Shown piece by piece: positions 47,033-56,313 of a stretch of 64,000 nucleotides of DNA (within the stretch, counting starts at the first letter, position 1; each line of letters starts with the position of its first letter). The DNA lies in IMG/VR virus record IMGVR_UViG_3300028840_004314, positions 20,486-84,485 of that record; one strand, written 5' to 3'. A program made the translations under genes and the position numbers. A model generated the notes under the pieces. The model saw nothing but the letters and a program-made list of their open reading frames with translations. It was not told the DNA's origin and searched no databases. This DNA is from a virus.

Positions 47033-47309
47033 ATGGTTCTCCTTTCCGGACAATTTCTCCATCATCCGTAAAGGTACACCCATCACTTCTTCCCGTACCA
47101 GGGATCGGAATGATGACTGTACGGTGTTTTGACATACTGCAAATTGTGAGGCGGTTAGGCCATAGACCCTTGCACCAATTTCCGAAGGCCACGTGGTGAC
47201 CGTTGTTATCCACCATGGACCCTCCGCAATACACCATGGTACACCTCATCAACCTACGCGTAGGCATTACAACCCACACGTCGTAATCGACACCTGAAAT
47301 GAGTTTCAT
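47013..47309 (-). CDS. Hypothetical protein
   Basis: ATGA coupling. Confidence 0.4.
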   Translation of the reverse strand: MKLISGVDYDVWVVMPTRRLMRCTMVYCGGSMVDNNGHHVAFGNWCKGLWPNRLTICSMSKHRTVIIPIPGTGRSDGCTFTDDGEIVRKGEPYATVAR

Positions 47310-47737
47310 GGTCGATGCTCCGTCACAATAAGATTTTTGAACTCCCTTCCCAACACCATCCGAATGTAGTCAGTACCAAATTTGAATGACTTCCCTGTTC
47401 CCACTTCGTCCGCCAGGATGGGGTACGTCCGCCCACGACTGGCACCAGTGATTTTGAACTTCTTACCACTGGAGGGGCTGGTGAATTCCGCCCCGAGGTC
47501 GTCGGGTTTCAGACCCCACAGAGGGGCTTTCGCTCGGAACCTTTTGGCTTGTTCCGTCATTATACCATGTTCGGTAACAACGGAGGTCTGGATCTTCATT
47601 GTAAATCCGGTGGGACAAAAGCGGGCCCCTCCCATCTGTTGAATCACTACACCGTGGCGTTCCCCAATCTCTTTGAGGGCCATGTTGATTTGTTCCACCA
47701 GCATACGGGTGGTCTGTCGATTGATTTCGGTGATCAT
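47306..47737 (-). CDS. Phage early hypothetical protein
   Basis: Leader AACGATGGAGAAAACAAAATG; GLKPDDLG..F...F.ITG...R.YPI. Confidence 0.6.
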   Translation of the reverse strand: MITEINRQTTRMLVEQINMALKEIGERHGVVIQQMGGARFCPTGFTMKIQTSVVTEHGIMTEQAKRFRAKAPLWGLKPDDLGAEFTSPSSGKKFKITGASRGRTYPILADEVGTGKSFKFGTDYIRMVLGREFKNLIVTEHRP

Positions 47738-47790
47738 TTTGTTTTCTCCATCGTTTGGGTTGGATGTTCAATTACTTAACTACGTGGATG

Positions 47791-48210
47791 TTACAGGCGG
47801 GCCGCAAATTCCTCCATATGAAATATACCAGTACGCCAGGAGCCGTACACTTCAAACCTAACATTACAACCATTCCTTCCACCACCAGGATGTTCGTAGG
47901 AAAAGGAGGGGGTGGCTCTCCATTGCTTTTTGGTTTTGTTGATGAAGAGGCTGATACTAGGTGTGCATTTTTCAATCACCCAATAGAAGGCCCCGAGTTC
48001 ATCCCGTGTAAGGTCCTTGGCATACAAATACAAACGTCCTTCATCTTTTTTGCCTGGCTGTTGATACAGTTCACGATTTTCAATGTACCAATCCAGTCCT
48101 GTGCGGGTACGCATGTACGCCAACAACCGCTCATACTGATCCGGCGGCATCCCCATTTCTTCAAGCCACAATTTGGCTTGATTACTGTCCATCGGTTTGT
48201 ACTTTGCCAT
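47791..48210 (-). CDS. Hypothetical early protein
   Basis: Same 21-nt leader as the gene starting at 47737. Confidence 0.6.
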   Translation of the reverse strand: MAKYKPMDSNQAKLWLEEMGMPPDQYERLLAYMRTRTGLDWYIENRELYQQPGKKDEGRLYLYAKDLTRDELGAFYWVIEKCTPSISLFINKTKKQWRATPSFSYEHPGGGRNGCNVRFEVYGSWRTGIFHMEEFAARL

Positions 48211-48226
48211 TTTGTTTTCTCCATCG

Positions 48227-48427
48227 TTAATCTGGTTGTACTTCAAAACTGCGGACGTTCCTCCGACGGAACCACCTTCTCATTGCCGGAGCAAAATCCT
48301 TCGCTTGAGTCGGATCCATCTGAAACTTAATGGAACGACCGCTTTGGGTGTCCGTTAAGTACACATCCGACTTTTCTTCCAGGTTCGGAAGAAATACCTT
48401 TACTCTACGTACTTTCAACATCATCAC
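48227..48427 (-). CDS. Small basic hypothetical protein
   Basis: First sizeable ORF after the 48655 promoter. Confidence 0.45.
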   Translation of the reverse strand: MMMLKVRRVKVFLPNLEEKSDVYLTDTQSGRSIKFQMDPTQAKDFAPAMRRWFRRRNVRSFEVQPD

Positions 48428-48557
48428 TTCTCTGTTAAAGGTTTCGGGTTTGTTTCGATCCTACCATGTCTGGCTTCGGTTTGCGGCTACCCCACATCCG
48501 GCGTCATTCGATCGCTCGGCCCTCAATTTCAAGACCTTGGTTTGGCGGCCTCCATAT

Positions 48558-48576
48558 TATTCACTTTTCAAAGATC
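48558..48576 (-). promoter_or_regulatory. boxA-like antitermination sequence
   Basis: GATCTTTGAAAAGTGAATA on the minus strand, about 75 nt downstream of the promoter; resembles rrn boxA. Confidence 0.5.
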
Positions 48577-48654
48577 GGATTGGCTCATCTATCTGCCTCC
48601 TAAAACCGACCTTATTTAATTTTCAAATAACTTATTACTTATCCTACATTATGT

Positions 48655-48683
48655 ATTCTAACCTATTGCTGTACATAAATCAA
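48655..48683 (-). promoter_or_regulatory. Sigma70-type early promoter
   Basis: TTGATT-17nt-TAGAAT, preceded by ATTTCCC as in the 46584 promoter. Confidence 0.8.
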
Positions 48684-48845
48684 GGGAAATCTCCGTATTT
48701 TCCGGATTTTTTCATAAATACGTCCTAATGGCCCTGGAGGGCTGAAAATAGGGTGAAAAATCGTGAAAAAAGGCCCTCCTCCGCTGGAAAAGGGCCTTAT
48801 ACTGAGGGAGATAAAGGTTAGGGTGAAAAACGATCCCACCCTAGG

Positions 48846-49430
48846 CTAGAAGTTCAAGAATTCCTGGCGTGTTGTTGCACTATCCTTCATGGCCCCTAAC
48901 ATACAACTTGTAACTGTGATACTGCCAGGCTTTTGTACACCCCTTCTGGACATACAGAAATGCTCGGCTTCAATTACAACTCCCACTCCTTTCGGTTCCA
49001 TCTTATTGAAGAGACAATGTGCCACCTGATTAGTAAGGCGTTCCTGTATTTGGAGGCGATTGGCGAAGCTATCCAGTAACCGGGCCAACTTGGAGATACC
49101 CACTACATTCTTGTTAGGAATGTATCCTATTTTGGCCTTTCCAACGAAGGGAACAATATGATGGGCACAGAAGCTGGTGAAGTGAATGTCCTTTACTACT
49201 ACCATTTGGTCGTAGGCTTCTTCCGAGAATGTAGTAGTGAGAATTTCTTCGGGATTCTGTATGTATCCTCGACCGAAGTACTCCACCCAGGCCTTGGCGA
49301 CTCGTTCCGGGGTATCCATGAAGTGTTGGTTGTTTAGATCTTCTCCTAGGGCCTGTAGGAATTGTATAGTGGCGACGGCTATTCCTCGGTACATTTCATT
49401 GGCTTTTTCTTGTCCAGTATTATCTGACAT
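48846..49430 (-). CDS. folE: GTP cyclohydrolase I
   Basis: TPERVAK, SFCAHHIVPF, GISKLAR, RLQIQERLT, AEHFCMSRRGV; SD AAAGGAG before ATG 49430. Confidence 0.95.
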   Translation of the reverse strand: MSDNTGQEKANEMYRGIAVATIQFLQALGEDLNNQHFMDTPERVAKAWVEYFGRGYIQNPEEILTTTFSEEAYDQMVVVKDIHFTSFCAHHIVPFVGKAKIGYIPNKNVVGISKLARLLDSFANRLQIQERLTNQVAHCLFNKMEPKGVGVVIEAEHFCMSRRGVQKPGSITVTSCMLGAMKDSATTRQEFLNF

Positions 49431-49454
49431 GGATGGCTCCTTTGTAGTTGAAAA

Positions 49455-49686
49455 AATAAACAGTGGATGACATTGTTGCGATTGCATAGAGAGAATCAGT
49501 TGGCCTTGCACCAACCAGCTTGTATTCATCTCCTGAATACAGGATTATGAGATTGTCAAAGAACTTACACCTAGCTATTAGCTTTGCTATCATTTTCTTC
49601 GGAGCTTCTGAGCATCGTTTTTGTCCTTATCCCAATATGGTAGTCGGGGGGACGATTAATGTAAAAGACTCCATCCACTGTTTATT
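49455..49686 (-). ncRNA. Candidate structured leader RNA upstream of folE, bounded by a 15-bp inverted repeat
   Basis: AATAAACAGTGGATG (49455-49469) / CATCCACTGTTTATT (49672-49686); internal boxA-like GTTCTTTGACAAT and two hairpins. Confidence 0.45.
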
Positions 49687-49697
49687 ATGAGGCAACG

Positions 49698-50051
49698 CTA
49701 GGCCGCGGATACAAAACCTAATCCACGTTCCGCGGCGTAAGTGAAGAAGGCTTTCCATATGGCTTTTCTATCGTCCTTTGGGAACCTATCGTGTAGGGCC
49801 CTTGTTAAGGCCACCTTCTTACCAGTGAACTTGTTGTAGGAATCGTTGGGATGTAGTTTGGCCATAGCGGACCATACCTCCCTTCCAGTTTCGGCGTCCA
49901 TTATCCGGCAGATGGTGTCTGTTCGGTGGTTCTCCAGGGTGGGGCGGGGACGTTTGGGATCCTTCTTGGAGAGGATATTGGTAATTGTCTTCCGCCGAAC
50001 TTCAAATACAATATGAAATTTTCTACCATTCGATACTGTTACTTCAAACAT
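49698..50051 (-). CDS. Phage hypothetical protein
   Basis: HPNDSYNKFTGKKVALTRAL motif; SD AAGGAGG. Confidence 0.65.
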   Translation of the reverse strand: MFEVTVSNGRKFHIVFEVRRKTITNILSKKDPKRPRPTLENHRTDTICRIMDAETGREVWSAMAKLHPNDSYNKFTGKKVALTRALHDRFPKDDRKAIWKAFFTYAAERGLGFVSAA

Positions 50052-50063
50052 GACTAGCCTCCT

Positions 50064-50249
50064 TTATATGGTGTGGTTTCCAAGAATTCTCAATCGATCA
50101 ACTAGATTTCCCAATTGATAACGTAAATCACGGATGGTGGATTTTAGTTGTGTGATTTGTGATTCCAGTTGTTCTATTCTTTCCTCGTTGGCTGGAGTAA
50201 CATCCTTCACCCGTAATTCCGTCGAGTTCCTGTTTGGATTCTTCATCAT
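50064..50249 (-). CDS. Small coiled-coil protein
   Basis: Heptad IEQLESQITQLKSTIRDL; TAATG coupling. Confidence 0.5.
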   Translation of the reverse strand: MMKNPNRNSTELRVKDVTPANEERIEQLESQITQLKSTIRDLRYQLGNLVDRLRILGNHTI

Positions 50250-51199
50250 TACCCTTTCAAGTACTCCGTCCGTTCTATAAGTTTCCTGGTGTTGGCGAAT
50301 CCAAAACTATCAGGATCGTCGTCCTCCGGGAATCTTACCACCTTTATTCTATCAACGAAAATCCGAAAAGATCGGGCCATTTTTTTGGCCAACCAATAGG
50401 CGTCCCCATCCCAAAGGAAAATCAACTCGGATGGTTGTAAAGTTCTGATTTGACGTTCCTGCTCCTTGGTGATATGGGTCCCGAATGTACACGTACTACC
50501 CTTTCCCATTCTCCAGCTATCCAGTAGACCCTCTGTGAGAAGAAGAGGGGTTCGTGGTATGAGATCATCAAACAAGTACAGCGTATCATTGATACTAGTG
50601 GAGGATGTTTTTGTCTTCTGTGGAGATTTACCTGTAAGGTCCATTCCTTGAAACGCCAACATTTTATCCTGAAGGTAGATGGGAACTACCATTCTGTAGG
50701 CATATTCCCCGGAGAAGCAAAGGTGGGCTTCATACTCCACACAGGTTTTGATACTGATTTTCCTCTTGCGAAGGAAGGCGTTTAGGAATTCATTACTGGT
50801 ATTGGTAGTAATGGGTTTGGAACCCGCTGGAAGGGTAATTTCCTGGTCCTCCTGGTCCTCCTCCTCGTAAGTATCCTCTTCTGGGTATACTAAGCCCTTA
50901 ATAACGTCCAGGGCGGTCTGGCCCCTTTCTCCGCGTGTCTGTTTAGCCTTGATCTTTCTTTCAAAATAGGACCTACTATCCTCTGTAAGTACAGACATCA
51001 GGTAGGACAAGTGTCCTTTGTCACGGCACCTCCAACAACTGAAGAGGAGGGATTCAATAAAGATGCCACAGTGATTACTATGATCATCACAAAGTGGACA
51101 TCTAACGTTGATGGAACCCTCCGACACATTCTTACCGGACAGCCAGTATTGAATGCCGTAATCTTCCAACAACTCGATTATGATTTCTCGGTTTTCCAT
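50249..51199 (-). CDS. dnaG: DNA primase (Zn-binding plus TOPRIM)
   Basis: CPLCDDH...CWRC; LTEGLLD; WDGD; DPD. Confidence 0.85.
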   Translation of the reverse strand: MENREIIIELLEDYGIQYWLSGKNVSEGSINVRCPLCDDHSNHCGIFIESLLFSCWRCRDKGHLSYLMSVLTEDSRSYFERKIKAKQTRGERGQTALDVIKGLVYPEEDTYEEEDQEDQEITLPAGSKPITTNTSNEFLNAFLRKRKISIKTCVEYEAHLCFSGEYAYRMVVPIYLQDKMLAFQGMDLTGKSPQKTKTSSTSINDTLYLFDDLIPRTPLLLTEGLLDSWRMGKGSTCTFGTHITKEQERQIRTLQPSELIFLWDGDAYWLAKKMARSFRIFVDRIKVVRFPEDDDPDSFGFANTRKLIERTEYLKG

Positions 51200-51829
51200 T
51201 TAATCGTTGCCGCGGATGTAGTACATGTCGAAGATATCCTCAAAACAACTGGGGGCCGCACCGTACAATACATGCAGAATCTTTTTGCACACCGACTGTA
51301 TCTCCCACTGTGCGTGAGGGTCACAACGAAGTTTCAGAATGTGTCTCCACTCCCGAAAGTTGGCTGTTACTGTTATTTTTGTAAACCAGGCGTTGGGGAG
51401 AACAAAACGAGCATCCTCCTTTTTCACACCTTTATCCAATAGGGCGTTGTAGGTGTCAATACATATCTTCATGCAACTCTCAAACAACTCCAATTTACTT
51501 TTGTCCGAATCCACCAGCAAGGGGGAAGGAACAACGTAATTAGGACATTGTGAAGTGGTGGAACACTTTACATACCTTTGAGATTGTTGAGTGTAGGAGG
51601 CCAACCGATGACGTACTAACTGATGTGTCATAGCACGGGAGACTCCTTCTATGTGAAAAGTGGCGGAAGCGTGTTCCAACACGGATTCATGCCCTCGTCG
51701 TATCAGTCCCTTGATAAATTTTTCACGTTCCGAGTGGCATCGTGAAGGGGCGGAATCATAGGCCCCCCTTCCAGCTATTTCAATAACTTTTTCAGCGTTT
51801 TCAGTTACTTGTACCATAGTCACACTCAT
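51200..51829 (-). CDS. thyX: Flavin-dependent thymidylate synthase
   Basis: GHESVLEH, SRAMTHQLVRHRLASYTQQSQRY, EDARFVLP, AQWEI. Confidence 0.95.
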   Translation of the reverse strand: MSVTMVQVTENAEKVIEIAGRGAYDSAPSRCHSEREKFIKGLIRRGHESVLEHASATFHIEGVSRAMTHQLVRHRLASYTQQSQRYVKCSTTSQCPNYVVPSPLLVDSDKSKLELFESCMKICIDTYNALLDKGVKKEDARFVLPNAWFTKITVTANFREWRHILKLRCDPHAQWEIQSVCKKILHVLYGAAPSCFEDIFDMYYIRGND

Positions 51830-52097
51830 CACAGTCTCCTTCACATGGGGAGTTTTCCACGGGTCCGAATGGGGAATCCAATTCTAGAACGTTGTCTAGA
51901 TACAATTTCATCCCCGGTTGTAGTTTATGCATAATCTCCAAATAGGCGGCCCGGGCCTCCTGTTCTGTCATAAAGGTAAACAGAATTTGGCATAGGGATA
52001 GTTGCTGATCGAAGATGATTTGATTCTTGAATGCGTACCACCCATTACACTTTTCCAGATCTACACACTGTTGTTTTGACCAAACGATCATACTCAT
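51801..52097 (-). CDS. Hypothetical protein
   Basis: SD AGGAG. Confidence 0.5.
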   Translation of the reverse strand: MSMIVWSKQQCVDLEKCNGWYAFKNQIIFDQQLSLCQILFTFMTEQEARAAYLEIMHKLQPGMKLYLDNVLELDSPFGPVENSPCEGDCDECDYGTSN

Positions 52098-52106
52098 TTA
52101 AAGCTC

Positions 52107-52436
52107 CTACTTTTCCCAACGATGTTTATTCTTTTTCCACTCGATCATATCCCCCAACTCCCTGGGCATTCTTGGTATCAGACGTTCCCATCTAGTACCT
52201 CTAGCCCCTCCTTCCATGAATTCGTCGATGTGGTCCTTGTCGTATCCTAAGGATTTTAGTTTACGACGGAGATTGTATAACTCCAGCTCGATTCCATTGA
52301 GCAGGAATTCTGACATATTTAGGAGGTCCCTAATATGTCTTTGTATTTCCCATTTGTTACAAAAGTCAACTGAACATGGTGGATCGATTTTTAATCGTCT
52401 ACGAATGAATGGTTTCAGTTTCCTTCTAGCCGCCAT
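52107..52436 (-). CDS. Hypothetical basic protein
   Basis: In operon; SD AGGAG. Confidence 0.5.
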   Translation of the reverse strand: MAARRKLKPFIRRRLKIDPPCSVDFCNKWEIQRHIRDLLNMSEFLLNGIELELYNLRRKLKSLGYDKDHIDEFMEGGARGTRWERLIPRMPRELGDMIEWKKNKHRWEK

Positions 52437-53910
52437 ACTTTCTCCTACTGAGCATGTCTAAAAACTTCTGCAAGTTGTCTCTTTCATTTCCTGCTCTTTT
52501 GGATGTAATTTCATCCACCGTTCCTTCCAGTACCAAATCAAAGTAGGTACAAGTTTCTATTTGTCCATCACGATGTATACGACCTTCTACCTGTATATTA
52601 TCAATGGCCCCAGGAGGGCGGTTTATGAAAATCATATTACTAGCCATCTGTGCGTTGATTCCTTCTCCACCACTGGCCGGGTGCATTACTAAACATTTGT
52701 ACTTTTCTTTCTCTGCCCAGTCGAAGAATTGTGTATCCTTGTTTTTGATTTCTCCACGTAAGGATCTGTAGGTGAATCCATGTTTCTTTAGGGCTTCTTC
52801 TATCAGCCGACCCTCTTCGATGTACAGATGTACAATAATGACTTTTCCTCGTATTTCCTCCAAAACTTCCAACATCAATTGGATTTTTGGATTTTTCTTC
52901 AAAGAAAGTAATCGGGTAGTAACTTGTTTACCAGCGTCGTCCCTTGAAAGAATGAATCCGGAACATATTTGTTGTTCCTTTTGGGCTAATTGTCCTGCAA
53001 GGAAGAAATTCTGTTCCTCCCTGGCTTCCTCCGCGTATCCCTGTAGCTCCATCATAGCGTCCTGTTGTTCCTTCGTGGGCCTAGCTGTTCTAACTTCGTA
53101 TACTTGTGGAGGAAGATCTAAACATTCCCTTTTTTCATACCGGAGTGTACACCAGGAGATTTTTTTCAGTAGTTTCTCCTTCGCCCCATCTTTTGGGACC
53201 CACTTAAACGGGCCATAGGGCCTGAAATATAATTCACGAAACGCCCAAAAGCTCCTTCCAAAGGTCTGTCCTTGATCCAATACTTCATACTCTGCCCATA
53301 AGTCCTCCAACTTATTGAAAGGAGTTCCTGTAAGACCAATAACGAAGGTTGATCGTTTAGTAAGTTGTTTGGCTATTCTCCGACGTATACCCTTCCTACC
53401 TTTCAGCTTGTGAACTTCATCGAAGATTATACAGTCAAAGTCATCAACAAAACTACGACGATTCACTACAATCCTATTCTTGTCCAATTCCTCCTCTGTA
53501 TCAGGATCTATCAGAGATTCCTTTTTACCGTAAATCCATTGAAGTCCCTCATAGTTTATCACATAGATTCTGGCTTTCTGACCAAGTTTTTTGATCCTGT
53601 CTTTGATTTTACCATCTAGTATTTTGTATGTCCAGGTTGTGTGTTGTTCGATTTGTGGTGCCCAGGTTTTTCTTACAATGGAGCTAGGAGCCACAACAAG
53701 GATTCGTTTGGCTCTCCATAACATAGCCATGTACAAAGCCGTAAGGGTTTTACCCGTACCAACGTCGTGGACAAAGGCGACTCTGTTTCTGTTTTTGTCC
53801 AAACCAAAGGCGAAGGAAACTAATTGGTGATGACGTGGTTCTGTAATGAAGTCCACGTCCGCGAACATCTTCCTTAGTTTGGAGGGTTTGAGGTTCTTGT
53901 AGTCGGTCAT
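52426..53910 (-). CDS. SNF2-like superfamily 2 helicase
   Basis: DVGTGKT, DEVH, LTGTP, GGEGIN, QVEGRIHRDGQ. Confidence 0.9.
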   Translation of the reverse strand: MTDYKNLKPSKLRKMFADVDFITEPRHHQLVSFAFGLDKNRNRVAFVHDVGTGKTLTALYMAMLWRAKRILVVAPSSIVRKTWAPQIEQHTTWTYKILDGKIKDRIKKLGQKARIYVINYEGLQWIYGKKESLIDPDTEEELDKNRIVVNRRSFVDDFDCIIFDEVHKLKGRKGIRRRIAKQLTKRSTFVIGLTGTPFNKLEDLWAEYEVLDQGQTFGRSFWAFRELYFRPYGPFKWVPKDGAKEKLLKKISWCTLRYEKRECLDLPPQVYEVRTARPTKEQQDAMMELQGYAEEAREEQNFFLAGQLAQKEQQICSGFILSRDDAGKQVTTRLLSLKKNPKIQLMLEVLEEIRGKVIIVHLYIEEGRLIEEALKKHGFTYRSLRGEIKNKDTQFFDWAEKEKYKCLVMHPASGGEGINAQMASNMIFINRPPGAIDNIQVEGRIHRDGQIETCTYFDLVLEGTVDEITSKRAGNERDNLQKFLDMLSRRKYGG

Positions 53911-55388
53911 CTTCCACGTTCCCTTCTACGTCCGCGTCCTCTTCTCCTAGGTGGAGGGTCTTGTAAGTTGTTATCATTTCCCTCTTCGTTTCCTTCCACC
54001 AGGTCGTCATCCAGGGCGTCCTCGTCGGTTATACTCATGGGCCAACTAGCCAAACAGAATTGTCCAATGTCCAGGTTCTGTTGAATTTGGCACCCAAATT
54101 GATCATCTCCAGTTCTGTTAGCCACAATCCACATACTACAAGCGTTGTTTTGTGCCATGTCTTCGGTGGCCCCTAGTGCGATCATCATATCCACATTGGC
54201 TCCCTTTCGGATATCACCAGACGGATCCTTCTTGGTTAACCGGGCCTTGCCAATTGTGTCCCTTCTTCCTTGTGTACAGGTAAAGGTGAGAATGTTTCGT
54301 TCATCACAAATACGTTTGTGTTGTATGTAACACTCGTTGAGTTGATCCCTTTGTTGAGATGTGGATTTAGGTAGTTTCATTATGTCGATGTAGTCGTTGA
54401 TCAACACATCTGGAATGAAATTCTCATAGATTTCCAGGTAGTCCAGGAGACGTTCTATCTCCTCGATAGTACAGGAACCCATTGGGTATTTCTTTAGAAT
54501 CACTTGACTACCGCGTTTGCGTACTAGCTTTCGGAAGTGTTGTATCCTACTCAGATTGTATACGGAGTCCACGGAGTAGAAGGCTCTTTCGGTGATGACA
54601 CCAGTTTCACTTCTAGTGATAAATTCTACATCCTTAGGTTCATGGGCTCTGGTAAGGGCTCCGATCATCATGTCGTATCGACGCTCCAATTCCGCCAAGG
54701 TGATTTCGTGGGAAAGATGAAGCACATTAAGACCACGCATGATGGCCCTTTTCGCCATATGATTCAGGCACCAGGATTTAGTTCCCTTGAGGGGACCCAT
54801 AACACATATGAAATCCCCACGACAAAATACAGTATCCAATCGGTCGTCGATATGTGGGATCCCAGTTTTCAGTATCTCGTCAGCCTGCTCCGAATAGTAG
54901 GTTGGGATGGCCCCTTCCTGGTATTTCAATCCCGTATCATAATCCATGTGATCGTTTCGGAGAGTTTTATACATGAAATTTCTGGCGTCATCGAAACGCT
55001 CGGACTCCACCATCTTCACAAACTCAATGGCGGCGTCCTGGAATTCAATCCGCTTTACAAAGTCCCCTACACGCTTTAGGATGTATTGAGAATCCGGCGG
55101 ATGGAGTTGTTGTATTTTACGTAGGTACGCCAGATAATCCTCCCTGATCAGCGGATCCACCTTACGTTTGTTCAAGTACCGAGATAGTTCGTCCCCAATG
55201 TGATTTGTAATCGGTTTACCAAACTGGTTGAAGTACCTTTGGCAGATTGAAATCAGATTTTCGGTGATTTCTGAATCGAAATACTCAGGTCGAATAACGC
55301 CCTTAGTTGCCAACAGGAACTGTTTATCGACGATACTGAGATATACAAAACAATCCTGTATGTGTTGCGTTAGATCGTGTTTACCCAT
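53907..55388 (-). CDS. dnaB: DnaB-like replicative helicase
   Basis: TGIPHID, GPLKGTKS (variant Walker A), SHE, DYID, TQ..R, ANR. Confidence 0.8.
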   Translation of the reverse strand: MGKHDLTQHIQDCFVYLSIVDKQFLLATKGVIRPEYFDSEITENLISICQRYFNQFGKPITNHIGDELSRYLNKRKVDPLIREDYLAYLRKIQQLHPPDSQYILKRVGDFVKRIEFQDAAIEFVKMVESERFDDARNFMYKTLRNDHMDYDTGLKYQEGAIPTYYSEQADEILKTGIPHIDDRLDTVFCRGDFICVMGPLKGTKSWCLNHMAKRAIMRGLNVLHLSHEITLAELERRYDMMIGALTRAHEPKDVEFITRSETGVITERAFYSVDSVYNLSRIQHFRKLVRKRGSQVILKKYPMGSCTIEEIERLLDYLEIYENFIPDVLINDYIDIMKLPKSTSQQRDQLNECYIQHKRICDERNILTFTCTQGRRDTIGKARLTKKDPSGDIRKGANVDMMIALGATEDMAQNNACSMWIVANRTGDDQFGCQIQQNLDIGQFCLASWPMSITDEDALDDDLVEGNEEGNDNNLQDPPPRRRGRGRRRERGR

Positions 55389-55928
55389 TTAGTTTTTGGA
55401 GTTCTTTCTTTTTGATCTTCGTGCGGATGTTCCAAAACCCGGCATGATTTGTTTCATATATTGTGGAAACAACACTCTCCATGTGGTATCCGAAATCAGA
55501 TGCCCAATACGAAGTCGTTTACCCTGGTTGATATACTCACCCTCCAACATAGTGAAGAGTTGTCGTACCACTTCGGAATACGACATCCTTGTACTTTTAC
55601 AGAAATCCGTTATACGGTCGTGACATTCCTCGAACTTGTAATACTCTTTGTCACTGGTTTGTAGGTCGTAACGTTTTTGGTTTAGGAATTTACGAGCGAA
55701 TCTGTCTGCTAGCTTCTTGACCGTTTCCACATCGGAGCCATGGTTCTCGAGCCAATTACGACGCCGCTTAGTTTTTTCCCGCTTCTTGGAACGTTCTTCG
55801 ATTGTATTGACCCTCATAACGGAGGCGCCAATCTTCACAGTACAGTTGATGTCGGCGATCCAATCTCCTGCTTCGTTTTGTTTGAGACTCTTGTAAACCG
55901 TGTCACTTAGTTTCATCTGTATCAACAT
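55389..55928 (-). CDS. Basic hypothetical protein heading the replication operon
   Basis: SD AAAGGA; abuts the helicase gene. Confidence 0.55.
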   Translation of the reverse strand: MLIQMKLSDTVYKSLKQNEAGDWIADINCTVKIGASVMRVNTIEERSKKREKTKRRRNWLENHGSDVETVKKLADRFARKFLNQKRYDLQTSDKEYYKFEECHDRITDFCKSTRMSYSEVVRQLFTMLEGEYINQGKRLRIGHLISDTTWRVLFPQYMKQIMPGFGTSARRSKRKNSKN

Positions 55929-56227
55929 AGGAGTTCCTTTCGCCAATCCTGTATATCAATGAAAATCATCGCAGAAACCGTGAAGGCGAAAAATTTTTTT
56001 GGAAAATCGCGATTTTCTTGGCCACGCCATTCTCTTTTTTTGATATATATCCATGTACCATGGACGACAGGACAGGGGACAGGGATATATATTTTTTTTC
56101 TAGTCTTTAGTCTATTAGGAACTAATAGATCATAGCCTTTAAAACATACCTGAAGGTATGTAGGCGTGGTGTTCACCACCACGCGTTGTTGATTGGATTT
56201 TTCCCATAATTGTACTGAAATAAAAAC

Positions 56228-56256
56228 TTGAAATTTTTTCAAATTTCCTGTATCAT
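56228..56256 (+). promoter_or_regulatory. Sigma70 promoter (extended -10) for the queE operon
   Basis: TTGAAA-17nt-TATCAT with TG at -15/-14; TTGAAA..TTTCAA palindrome overlaps the -35. Confidence 0.75.
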
Positions 56257-56313
56257 AGAAACTTGGACCAGATATCTGTTGGTGTACAGAAAGAATTTTC
56301 ATGTAAGGGGTTG

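Noticed and set aside
48330-48728. 132-aa plus-strand ORF
   Set aside because: Overlaps the minus-strand promoter and leader; composition is not protein-like
49495-49520. tRNA gene (T-arm-like GGTTGGTGCAAGGCCAACT on the minus strand)
   Set aside because: No acceptor stem, D-arm or anticodon arm could be built; kept only as a hairpin in the folE leader
53907-55388. Inactive helicase because Walker A reads GPLKGTKS
   Set aside because: The catalytic Lys-Ser and the other DnaB motifs are intact; one substitution is not evidence of inactivity
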